Of a stretch of DNA of 64,000 nt, positions 36,002-45,500 are shown one piece after another (position 1 is the first letter of the stretch; the number at the start of each line of letters is the position of its first letter). The DNA is from Mantamonas sphyraenae STR306 (Eukaryota; Protista; CRuMs). A model generated the notes under the pieces. It worked only from the letters and a program-made list of their open reading frames with translations, made no database searches and was not told where the DNA came from. The position numbers and the translations under genes are program-made. The stretch spans positions 124,001-188,000 of the forward strand of contig JAPMXV010000013.1 in assembly GCA_026936335.1 (NCBI GenBank). The letters are read 5' to 3'.

Positions 36002-37315
36002 ATTCATTGAACACAGCAAAACGCACTCTTCATTCTCCTCTTCGTGGCTGGTCATCTTGGGATGCCACCTGGGCGGTTTTGCGATGCCTGCGTGCCAGCT
36101 CCCAATGGCGACCCAGCGTGCCAGGTGGGCCAGGATGCGGTGGATGACCTCGATGGGAAGCTCGCCAAAGGGAAATGTTGCCTCTTGGCGGGGAAAGGTC
36201 CAGGCCAGCATCACCTGCATGGCGGCTTTGTGGAAGGCAGGTGCGTTCCATCGGTGGTGCGAACTGGGTTGCCATTCTGCGTCCCTCTCGCACGCGGGGA
36301 GACGCAACAGAAGCATCTGCTCTCTGTCCGAATACCCGGCTCCTTCGATGAACCAATGGCCGTCGTTGAGGAGCATGGAGTGTCCACGCACGGGTGCTGG
36401 GACACTGGAGATGTGCTGGTCGACAAACTCCACCCAGGATTCCGTTCGCAGCGAGTAGACAAGGATGCAATCGTGGGTGCACATAAACGCCAAATCGTCC
36501 ATGACGCATGCGTGGTCGCCTGTGATGGTTTGACGGTTCTCTGTGCGGTAGATCTGTGTGCTCAGCAGCGCCCTGCCCAACTCATCCGTCCAAATGAGCA
36601 TCAATCGGATGCCTGTGCTTGTGTTGCTACCCACCAGAGTGCAGTCCCACGTATCGGCATCCAACTCCATGGGGATTTCCCGTACGTACTGTGCCTGGAC
36701 CGGGATGGCAAAGGCCGCCAACGTGGAGTGAAAGATCCGAAAGACGTGCCTCTCCGACAACACCATTGTGCGTGCTTGGGCGTCGAATCGAAGTGTGTAC
36801 ATGTCATAGGGAAGTCCTACGAGTAGCAAGGCGCATGCGTGCTGCAGCACTGCAATGGGGCAGCTTTGGGGCAATGTCGTGATCCGCGTCCGTACGCTGG
36901 AGGTGTCCACCACCACGTCTTTGCTCACCTTGCCACTGATCAAATCCACTGTTAGAATGGCACTCTTGAGGTGCAAGTCTTGAAAAAGGAAGAGGGTGTC
37001 GTCCAGGACGGCGGCGTGGCTGTGGATGCGTTCCAGTGCGCACACCTTGCTCATCTGGTCGCTCACCGCGTCGTAGCGCAGCACAGCACGTTTATACACA
37101 AGAATGGCACAGCCATTGTGGGTGGCAACGCAGCAGCAGCCGCCTGTGGGCATCCAGTCGCGTTCAAACTCGGTGGCTTGGATCTTTGCGTACCACCGGC
37201 TTGTGGTTTCCCTCACAGTCAGTGACAGGGAGCGTGCAAGCGATGAGGACGATGAAGATTGTGTATCCTCGTCCTCCGTGCACGCATGCGAATCAAACGC
37301 GTGCGACACGAGCAT
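35912..37315 (-). CDS. Hypothetical beta-propeller-like protein with C-terminal F-box-like module
   Basis: ORF from MLVSHAF. Kelch-like fragments (SHAAVLDDTLFLF, DHACVMDDLAFM, VRGHSMLL); C-terminal WQPSSHHRW..PAFHKAAMQVML...LPIEVIHRILAHL. Start and 3' end uncertain; the upstream part of the ORF-track call is antisense to the TARG1 gene. Confidence 0.6.
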   Translation of the reverse strand: MLVSHAFDSHACTEDEDTQSSSSSSLARSLSLTVRETTSRWYAKIQATEFERDWMPTGGCCCVATHNGCAILVYKRAVLRYDAVSDQMSKVCALERIHSHAAVLDDTLFLFQDLHLKSAILTVDLISGKVSKDVVVDTSSVRTRITTLPQSCPIAVLQHACALLLVGLPYDMYTLRFDAQARTMVLSERHVFRIFHSTLAAFAIPVQAQYVREIPMELDADTWDCTLVGSNTSTGIRLMLIWTDELGRALLSTQIYRTENRQTITGDHACVMDDLAFMCTHDCILVYSLRTESWVEFVDQHISSVPAPVRGHSMLLNDGHWFIEGAGYSDREQMLLLRLPACERDAEWQPSSHHRWNAPAFHKAAMQVMLAWTFPRQEATFPFGELPIEVIHRILAHLARWVAIGSWHAGIAKPPRWHPKMTSHEEENEECVLLCSMNSFRAAHQRGFVKGHTLPVGFTVATCAQRI

Positions 37316-37363
37316 GGACGGCGCAAACTCTTTGGACACCCCTGCGCGTGTGCATGCACACAA

Positions 37364-38479
37364 ATGTCGAAACGAAATTCGGAGGATGCCGAGTTGGACA
37401 GTGGAGATGTGGCTGCGGACGACTTTGAGTGGGATGACGCAGCCGAGGCGATGATGGAGCAGGTGGAAAAGAGGGCCAAGCGCACACAGGCGTTCGAGGG
37501 CATTGAGTACCAACGTGGCGACTTGTTTGCAGAAAAGAGTGCGTCGTTGGTGCACTGCATTGCTGCAGATTGTCGCCTGGGCAAGGGAATTGCCAATCAG
37601 TTCCGAAAACGCTTCGGTGGCATCGATCGTCTGAAGCAGCAACAATGTGGCATTGGTGACGTAGCGGTGCTGTCCATCGACAACGAAACTCGGTATGTGT
37701 ACAATCTGGTGACCAAAAAGACAGCCTGGGACCTGCCAACGATGGAAGATCTGCGCGCGTCGCTCTTTGCCCTTGCCAAGCACGCCACAGAACACAACGT
37801 GACCCGTGTGGCCATGCCCATGATCGGCACAGGTCTCGACAAACTCAAGTGGACCGATGTGGCGGATTGCATTGCAGAGACCCTCGGAGGCACGGGCATC
37901 CGCGTTTCCGTCTTTGTTCTCGGGAAAGGACCGCTGCCCACCGCCCATGCACGGGGTGGCCTCTCTCAGATGTGGAGCAAGAAGCAAAGCAGTAGCAGCA
38001 GCAGCAGCAGTATCAACAACAGCAGCAGCAGCAGCAGTGCTGGCGGCGGGCAGAAGAAGGAGTTGACGGTGATCAAAGGAGACCTGTTCTCCAACAGCAC
38101 GGCGTCGCTGTGCCATTGCGTCTCTCAGGATCTGTCGTTGGGCAAAGGCATCGCCAAAATCTTTCGGGACAAGTTTGGCGTGGAAGGCCTGGCAGAACAG
38201 CAGCCGCGCGTCGGCGGTGTTGTCAAGCTTGCCGACTCGGATCGATTCATCTACGCACTGGTCACAAAGGAGAAGTATTGGCAGCGTCCAACGTTGGACA
38301 CAGTACGCGCAGCGTTGGAGTCACTCAAACAGCATGCACTGGACGACAACCAGCAACACCTGGCCATGCCCAAGATCGGCTGTGGTCTCGACCGTCTTCA
38401 ATGGAACGACGTCAGCGCAGTCATCAACGACGTGTTTGGCAACAACGATGCACCGGATGTGACTGTGTACGAGCTGTAG
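37364..38479 (+). CDS. OARD1: Tandem-macrodomain ADP-ribose glycohydrolase (TARG1/OARD1-like x2)
   Basis: Two copies of GDLF...SL.HC...D..LGKGIA..F...FG...LVTK...MP.IG.GLD.L.W joined by a Ser-rich linker. Confidence 0.88.
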   Translation: MSKRNSEDAELDSGDVAADDFEWDDAAEAMMEQVEKRAKRTQAFEGIEYQRGDLFAEKSASLVHCIAADCRLGKGIANQFRKRFGGIDRLKQQQCGIGDVAVLSIDNETRYVYNLVTKKTAWDLPTMEDLRASLFALAKHATEHNVTRVAMPMIGTGLDKLKWTDVADCIAETLGGTGIRVSVFVLGKGPLPTAHARGGLSQMWSKKQSSSSSSSSINNSSSSSSAGGGQKKELTVIKGDLFSNSTASLCHCVSQDLSLGKGIAKIFRDKFGVEGLAEQQPRVGGVVKLADSDRFIYALVTKEKYWQRPTLDTVRAALESLKQHALDDNQQHLAMPKIGCGLDRLQWNDVSAVINDVFGNNDAPDVTVYEL

Positions 38480-38482
38480 GGA

Positions 38483-39808
38483 TCACACAAAGCCTTTCTT
38501 CTTCTTCTTCTTCTTCTTGCGTCCTGCACCCTCCTGCGCCAATTGCATGCCGGACGCTGAGGACGACGACGATGACGCCGTACTGCTGCCACTGTGTGTC
38601 TGCTGGCTGTCCTGCTGGCTGACACTTGCCAGCGTTCGTTCAATTTCCAGCCGTCGCTTCTTCTCCGAATGGCTCTCTGTGTACGTTGTGCCATCGTCAA
38701 GCACAATGACATTGCCCTCTGGCGTGCTGGGCACCTTCCATGCCTCCTTGTCCTGCTGCCCCTCGTCCTCGTTCTGTCCCGCTTCCTCCTCCATCGCCTC
38801 TCGACTCCGTTTCCCGCTTCGCGCTTCCTCCTGGCTGCTCTCACCCACAGTACTAAGCGAGCTGAGATGAGTCACAGAGCCGCTGCTGGCCGTGCTGCTG
38901 TCCACTGTGCCCAGGGACAGCGACTCGTGGTACTGCCGGTCTTGCTGCTGCTGTGCGTTGCCTGCCCTTCGCCCGCCACTTGCCGAAGCCACAGCTCGCT
39001 CCGTGGTCAGTTGCAGCTCATCCAACTCGTTTTGGGGCACGTTGTGTAAACGCTGTGCCCCTCCGTCGTCATTGTGCGCCTGGGCAAACGCGCGCGCTGA
39101 GAAGCGAGATTCCATGTCCAGCCGCGGCCTGCGTCGCACCGCAGCCACTCGTGCACTGCGCAACACACTTGTGAGATGCTCTTCCACATTCAATGCCTGT
39201 TCCCTGCCCCGTGAGTACTGTTCCACCAGCCTGCCCTGCTTCTCCAGCGCCTCGTGCAACGTCTCCTCGTACAAGCCCATCTGTGTCACCAGCACACACA
39301 GGGGCATGGTCAATCGGTCACGCAGATACATGGCCGCCCTCCTCTCTTCTTTGCCTTGCTCCTTCTCTGTACTGTACACGTGTGCCAGGAAGCCGTCGTC
39401 ACACGAAAACGTCCACTGGATGTCCACGTCGCCCTGGTTGCTGTGCATGTACAGTTCCAACGCGTGTGGCGTATGCGTACGCACTTCCAACTGGGCGTTC
39501 TGCTGCTTCTGACTCAGGTGCAGGCTGAGGAAGCGAAGCAGCTTCTTTGTGTCCAGCGTCAAATCCGGGTTGAACGCTGCCATTTGTTCACGGACGGCGT
39601 CGGCGTCCGCGTGGTGTGCCCACACGTGCACCATGTCGCTTGCCACTATGCTGTAGGTGTCGTCCGACACAAGCATTTTGAACAGCAGCTGCACCCCGTT
39701 TGCGTTCAGACTCTTCCACGTGACCCTGTCCAGCATCTGCAACGCCTCTGCCTCATTCCTTGGCCCAGACGCATCCAGATACGACACCGACGCGTGTGGA
39801 GTGCTCAT
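38483..39808 (-). CDS. NHEJ1: XLF/Cernunnos non-homologous end-joining factor
   Basis: Head domain W..L....LLFK....YSIVASDMVHVW......V......N..L resembles XLF. A coiled coil follows, and the C-terminus RKKKKKKKKGFV resembles the XLF Ku-binding motif (basic-G-L/F). Confidence 0.78.
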   Translation of the reverse strand: MSTPHASVSYLDASGPRNEAEALQMLDRVTWKSLNANGVQLLFKMLVSDDTYSIVASDMVHVWAHHADADAVREQMAAFNPDLTLDTKKLLRFLSLHLSQKQQNAQLEVRTHTPHALELYMHSNQGDVDIQWTFSCDDGFLAHVYSTEKEQGKEERRAAMYLRDRLTMPLCVLVTQMGLYEETLHEALEKQGRLVEQYSRGREQALNVEEHLTSVLRSARVAAVRRRPRLDMESRFSARAFAQAHNDDGGAQRLHNVPQNELDELQLTTERAVASASGGRRAGNAQQQQDRQYHESLSLGTVDSSTASSGSVTHLSSLSTVGESSQEEARSGKRSREAMEEEAGQNEDEGQQDKEAWKVPSTPEGNVIVLDDGTTYTESHSEKKRRLEIERTLASVSQQDSQQTHSGSSTASSSSSSASGMQLAQEGAGRKKKKKKKKGFV

Positions 39809-39835
39809 TGTGTGCAAAGATTTTCGCGTTGTGGT

Positions 39836-42469
39836 TCATTGGATGGCGCACTTTTTCTGTTCTCCTCCCGGTCCCGCACCGTCGGGTTGCACAAGCGGCT
39901 CCTCCTCGGTGGTTGTGTCTGTTTTGCTGCTGCTGCTGTCCTGGTTGCCCTCTTTGCTACCCTCGAGTGCTGCTCGTGTGTGCACGCCGTAGGGGTCGCC
40001 CACCAGCCAATCCTGCACTCGGTTCATCACCTCATCCGGCACTGTCCACCACGCCGCACTGGCCTCGTACTCCTCCATGCCACCTGCGTCAAACATCCTC
40101 TCTCGTTCCTCCATGTTCATCAGCAGCGCCATCTCCATTTCCATGTCCAGCGCAGGCGGATGCAGCCAGTGTGTCTCGCGCGTCCACTCTGGCATCCAGG
40201 CATAACCCAGCCTTTCGTCGTCTCCATACGCCAGAAAGAACTCTTCCATGTTGTGCGACTTGTAGCACTCGCCCATCGTCAACAGCAGCGAGCGCTGGGT
40301 TGAGGATGCTTTGCAGTGTTTGCGGATCCAACGTGGCTCGTGCAGGTAGATCCCATGCGCCATGAACACCAGCAACACACCCAAGTGCATTCCCAACATG
40401 GCTGCCTGCTGGGGGGTCTGTCCGTGGTCTCCTTGGAACGGGTCTGCACCCTGGCTGAGCAGAAACGAAACGACGCCAGCGTGGCCTGCCTCGCTTGCCT
40501 CAAACAACGCTGTCCTTGACCCGTTTGTGTCTGCACACACGTCTGCTCCCAACTCGACCAGCGCCTCGACGAGCTTCAGGTGGCCATTCGCGCTGGCAAC
40601 GGCCAAGGGTGCGCCTCCAGTGGTGGTCGCATCGTGTACGCTCGCTCCTGCCTCCACCAGGGCTCGCACGGGGCCCGTGCATCCGTATCGACACGCCACA
40701 CTCAACACACTGTTCCCGTCTCCGTAGTGCTCATTGGGGTCGATTCCTTGGTCCAGGAGCATGCGAACAATCTCCTCGTGGTCGTTTCGTGCCGCATAGA
40801 ACAGCGCAGTGACGTTTGCTGGCGTACGCTTCACCGTGACTGGGTCGCCTGCCTCAATCAAAGCGCGCACACAATCCGTGTGGCCGTACTGGGCCGCAAG
40901 AAACACGGCTGTGACCTGACTTTGTCCGCACAGAGCGTCGGGACGCGCACCGGCCTTCAACAACACACGAATCACATCGGCATGGCCCTTGGATGCAGCC
41001 ACATACAACGACGTGCATTTTGCTTGCGTGTACTCCTGGTCCACGGGTGCGCCTGCGGCGAGCAGCATCTCCACGATTTCCACATTGCCATGTTGCGCCG
41101 CTGCCGTCAGCGGAGGCGATCCCAGTTCGCCGGCATTGGACGGATCCGCACCCAGCTCCAGCAAAACGCGCACAGAATCCACCTTTTGGTGAAATGTGGC
41201 AACGTACAGGGGTGTGTGCTGCATGTTGCAGGGTTTCTCCAGATCCACCTTGCCAGCCTCCACCAGCACACGCACCGTCTGTGGGTTGGCATACATCAGA
41301 GCCACAGCCATGGCCGTCGAAGGGTATGATGGACATTCCATGTTTGCACCGGCCTCGGCAAGCGCCTGCAAACTCTCCCACTTTGCACGCGACGCGGCTG
41401 CCACAGTCGGCGTGGCACCATTCACACCCACCGCCTCAATGTCAGCTCCTGATTCGATGAGAAAGCGCGTGCATGACACGTTTCCCTGCTGTGCACTCAA
41501 GTACAGCGCCGTGCACTCTGCAAACCGCCGTTCCAGATCCGCCCCTGCCTCCACAAGCATCTTGACCAGCTCCAAATCACCGCGGTACGAGGCAGAAATC
41601 AACGGCGTCGAACTGTTGTGCTTGCAAGCGTTGACATCTGCGCCTCGCTCCAGGAGCAGGGCCGCAGCCTTGCGCTTCGAGTTCAACACCGCCGAGTACA
41701 GAGGTGTCTCTCCGATGTCGTCGCTTTGAAGCTCCATGTCGGCACCCAGGTCCAACAACAAACTAATGAGCTCGGTGTGGCCCTTGCGAGCTGCAAAGTG
41801 TAGGGCCGTGCCCGTTTTCACCGCCCTGTTCACGTCGGCCCCTTTGTCCACCAGCAACCGCACCAGCGCCACACTGGCAACATCGCGACGACACACACTG
41901 ATCAAAGGAGAGTAAAGCTCGCCTTCCATGGCTTCGACCGGCGCTCCGTGGCGCAGCAGGAGGTCGACGGCGTCTCTGGAGCCCGCCGCACACGCCCCAA
42001 CCAACGGGGAGAATTTTGCCCCGCTGGCGTCTGTGTACAGCACTTCTGTCTGTGCACCGCGCTCCAACAGAAGCTTGGCACACTCTAGGTGGTTTCTGGC
42101 CTTGGTCACCGCCCAATAAAGGTGTGGAGCGCCGTTTGGGCCTCCGTTCACATCGGCTCCGGCGTCCAGAAGCAGTGCCAGCTTGGTCGGCTTGAACTCA
42201 ACGACGGCCGTCCGACAGGCCTCGCTCATGGCAACTGGGTCTTTGCCTGCACCTCGTTCCAGCAGATTCTCCAAGGTCGACGGCATGCTGTGCCTCACGG
42301 CGGCACACAGCAGGTTGGTCTCTTCGTCCGCCGCCGTTGCCGGGTCTGGCAGGCCGTGTGCATCCAGGTCCTCCCACAATGCTCTCAAGCGACCCGAAGC
42401 GATCATGTCGCACAGGTCTCTGGCCCTGGCTCGGTTGGAGGACGCAGAGGCGGGTTCGGTGGTGGACAT
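39836..42469 (-). CDS. Ankyrin-repeat protein with C-terminal F-box-like module and CaaX box
   Basis: About 20 ankyrin repeats; WTRETHWLHPP...VPDEVMNRVQDWL; ends KKCAIQ*. Confidence 0.88.
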   Translation of the reverse strand: MSTTEPASASSNRARARDLCDMIASGRLRALWEDLDAHGLPDPATAADEETNLLCAAVRHSMPSTLENLLERGAGKDPVAMSEACRTAVVEFKPTKLALLLDAGADVNGGPNGAPHLYWAVTKARNHLECAKLLLERGAQTEVLYTDASGAKFSPLVGACAAGSRDAVDLLLRHGAPVEAMEGELYSPLISVCRRDVASVALVRLLVDKGADVNRAVKTGTALHFAARKGHTELISLLLDLGADMELQSDDIGETPLYSAVLNSKRKAAALLLERGADVNACKHNSSTPLISASYRGDLELVKMLVEAGADLERRFAECTALYLSAQQGNVSCTRFLIESGADIEAVGVNGATPTVAAASRAKWESLQALAEAGANMECPSYPSTAMAVALMYANPQTVRVLVEAGKVDLEKPCNMQHTPLYVATFHQKVDSVRVLLELGADPSNAGELGSPPLTAAAQHGNVEIVEMLLAAGAPVDQEYTQAKCTSLYVAASKGHADVIRVLLKAGARPDALCGQSQVTAVFLAAQYGHTDCVRALIEAGDPVTVKRTPANVTALFYAARNDHEEIVRMLLDQGIDPNEHYGDGNSVLSVACRYGCTGPVRALVEAGASVHDATTTGGAPLAVASANGHLKLVEALVELGADVCADTNGSRTALFEASEAGHAGVVSFLLSQGADPFQGDHGQTPQQAAMLGMHLGVLLVFMAHGIYLHEPRWIRKHCKASSTQRSLLLTMGECYKSHNMEEFFLAYGDDERLGYAWMPEWTRETHWLHPPALDMEMEMALLMNMEERERMFDAGGMEEYEASAAWWTVPDEVMNRVQDWLVGDPYGVHTRAALEGSKEGNQDSSSSKTDTTTEEEPLVQPDGAGPGGEQKKCAIQ

Positions 42470-42598
42470 CGGCGGACAGGCTGGACAAAAACGTTGGTGG
42501 AGTTTGCGGGCGAAGATTCCCTTCATTCCCATCGTCTGTCCGTCTGCCTCAACCCCCTGTCCTTCTCCCTCTCTTCTCTCTGCGTGTGCCTCCAGACC

Positions 42599-45500
42599 CT
42601 ACGCAGAATGACTGCCGAGCAGCTTGACCCTGTGCCGCTTGGCGAGGTCATACACGGACGGATCCAGGTTCTCTACGCCCGTGATATCGATGGCCTTGAG
42701 GTGAGAGAGGGTGTTGAGCAGCAGCTTGAGCATGTCTGTATCCACAGAGGACCAGGCCACCGAGACGCTCTCGAGGCTGGGGCAGCCTTCTGCGAGCTCG
42801 GCGATGGTGGCCAGGTTGAGTTTGTTGCACCAGCTGAGGTTGACATCGACCAGAAACGGGTTGGCAATGTACACGTTGTTCAGGTCGGCCACGCCGGTGA
42901 GGTTGAGGCGTTGCAATTGCACAAAGTTGCTCAGGGCCATGCGCATGGCCTGGCTCTTGAAATCCACGGATCGGGTCCACGACAGGTCCAGGGACACGAT
43001 TTGCTTGCAGCGCATGCTGAGTTGGTGGATGGACGCCGCCGTGACGTGCTTGCACCAGGCCAGCTTCAGGGCGTGCAGCTCGCGACAGTGTGCGGCAAGC
43101 TGCACGAGCGTCCGGTCTGTGATCTGGCATCCCTCAAAGTCAAGGTCGCGCAGGCTGTGGCACGTGGCAATCAGCGGCACCAACGCCTCGTCGCTGACGT
43201 TTTCGCACGAGCCCAAATCCAGCGAGCGCAGGCAGCCGTTGTTGCAACTGACCAGCGCCTGGATGCTCTCGTTTGTGATGCGGCTGCACTTGTACAGGCT
43301 CAGGGCCTGGAGTTTGGTGCAGCGCTCCAGGAGGGGAATCACGCCCTCGTCGCTGATCTCCACGCAGCGAGAAAAGTCCACGTGCATCAGCCGCTGGCAC
43401 AGCGCAAGCATGCGCAAGGCGTCGTCGTTTATCTTTACGCAGTGGCTCATGTTGATGACTTGGATGCTGTTGGCAGAGTACATGTTCAACGCCGAGGCTG
43501 TGTGGCGCCCGATGCTTGTGCAGTGGCTCACGTTGAGCTTGACAAGGTGGTCGCCGGCCGCACGCACAAACGCCTGCATGTGTTTGTCGCTGAGGCTGCG
43601 GATTTCGCTGACGTCCAATTCAGCCAGACGCTTGCAGTTGACGCCCACGTCGACGATGGACTCGCCGTCGAGCTGGTCGCACTTGTGCAAAATGAGCGTG
43701 CGCAGGTTGGCGCAACTCTGCGAGATCTGGTAGATGGAACCCTCGGTGATGGCCTGGCAACTGCCCATGTTGATGTAGCTGAGGTTGTGGCAGCGCAGGG
43801 CGACCGCAATGATGCCGCGGTCGCTGACAAACGGGCAGTTGGAGCAATTGAGGCGCTGCAGATTGGGGCAGTGGTTGGCCAACTGCACAAGCACCTCGTC
43901 GTCCAGGTGTTCGCAGGAGCTGACGTCAAAGGAACGCAGGTTGGGCATGCCTTGCATGCACTGTGCGATCGAATCAGAAGAGAGGCTCGTGCACTGCGCG
44001 AGGCGCATCACGTGCAAGTTGGTGCACCCACGCACACGCAACTTGGACAGTTGACTGCACGCCTGCAGATTGATGGCCTCCAGGTGCTTCGAGTTGAGCG
44101 CCACTGTGCGCAGGGAGCTCTGCAGACTGATGTCCACTTTGCGCAGGCGTGGCGCTGCCACACCCGATGACGACGAGTTGGAGGACGCCGACGACGAAGA
44201 CGACGTGGACGACGAGTTGACAAGCACAAACTGCTTGAGTTTGGTGCCCATGCCAAAGAGCAGCTCCGACAGCTGCGGGCAATCGACGAGGGCCCCGGAC
44301 AACTGCTCCCAGTCGAGGTTGAAACAGCGCGTGAGCACAAGCCGCTTCAGTTTGCTGCACGTGTTGAGCTTGAGGGCAGCCATCTCATGAGAGTGGGACA
44401 GATCGAGCTCGGTCAGGTCTGCAAGGCCGCCGAGGCAGTCGAACGAGGTGATGGGAGCGCCGATGAGCCTGAGCGACGTCAGCTTTGCGCCGTGGGTGGC
44501 AATGATGTCACGCACATTGTCATCGACCTGAAAGCGGCTGGCGTGTCCCACGGGCCGCCCAAGGATGCGCAGCGTCGTCAGGTGCTGCACAATCATTTCC
44601 AGCACATGTGTGTTGACGTTGCCCAGCACAAAGGCGGTGCTTAGGATGGTGTTGCACAGGTCTGCAGGGAGCTTGTCCATGAGCGTGTGAAAGTTGTCCG
44701 CCTCCACCAGATCCTGGATGTGCCTGGCCATCTGTCGCACACAGAGCACACGCAGCTTTGGTGGCTCGCCCGAGCTGCTGATCGATCGTCGAACGGCAAG
44801 CTCCCCACGCACCTGTTGCTGTGTGTGTGGCGAAGACGCCGTCCCGTCTTGATGCTGTGCCTGGCCGCCGCTCTTGGCCATGACCTGGCGTGCCACGGCC
44901 ACCGCGGGCGGTTCGCTGACCGAACGCAGCGACGGGAAACGCGACAGTTCGCGTTCCATCAGGTCCGAGTTGCGCATGCGCCTGCGCTGGTGCACCTCTT
45001 CCAGCGCCGCGTTCATCTGTTCCATGCTGTCCTTGCGCTTCAGCGTGTCGTCCAGCACCATGCGTCCCACAGAGGCCTCGGTGACACTCTTGCCCATGCT
45101 GCGCTTGCGTCGCCACTCGGCAGCAGCGGCTGCCGAGTTGTCGCCCGACGACACGGGCTCCACATCCATCCACATGGCATTCGTGGACGATTGGTCACCA
45201 TGCACGGCTGCATCGACGCCTCCTCCTCCTCCTCCTCCTACCACGCCGTCTTCGTCCATGCTCTTGCCAACATTGAGCGTGCTGACACTGTGGCGCCACA
45301 CTCGCCTGGGAGTGGCCGACAGAGGCACACCGACGGTGCCTCCCATGTCTCCCAAGCCTGCAGACATGGCTTCTGCACTTGCACTCTTGCCCAAACTGGA
45401 CGATGTCGACTCCTTGCCTCGGATCTGCTTCGGGGCCTTGAGGTGTTCGTTGCGCAGGACGTCTTCAACGTACAGCGGCTCCTCGTTGATCCAGTGTGTA

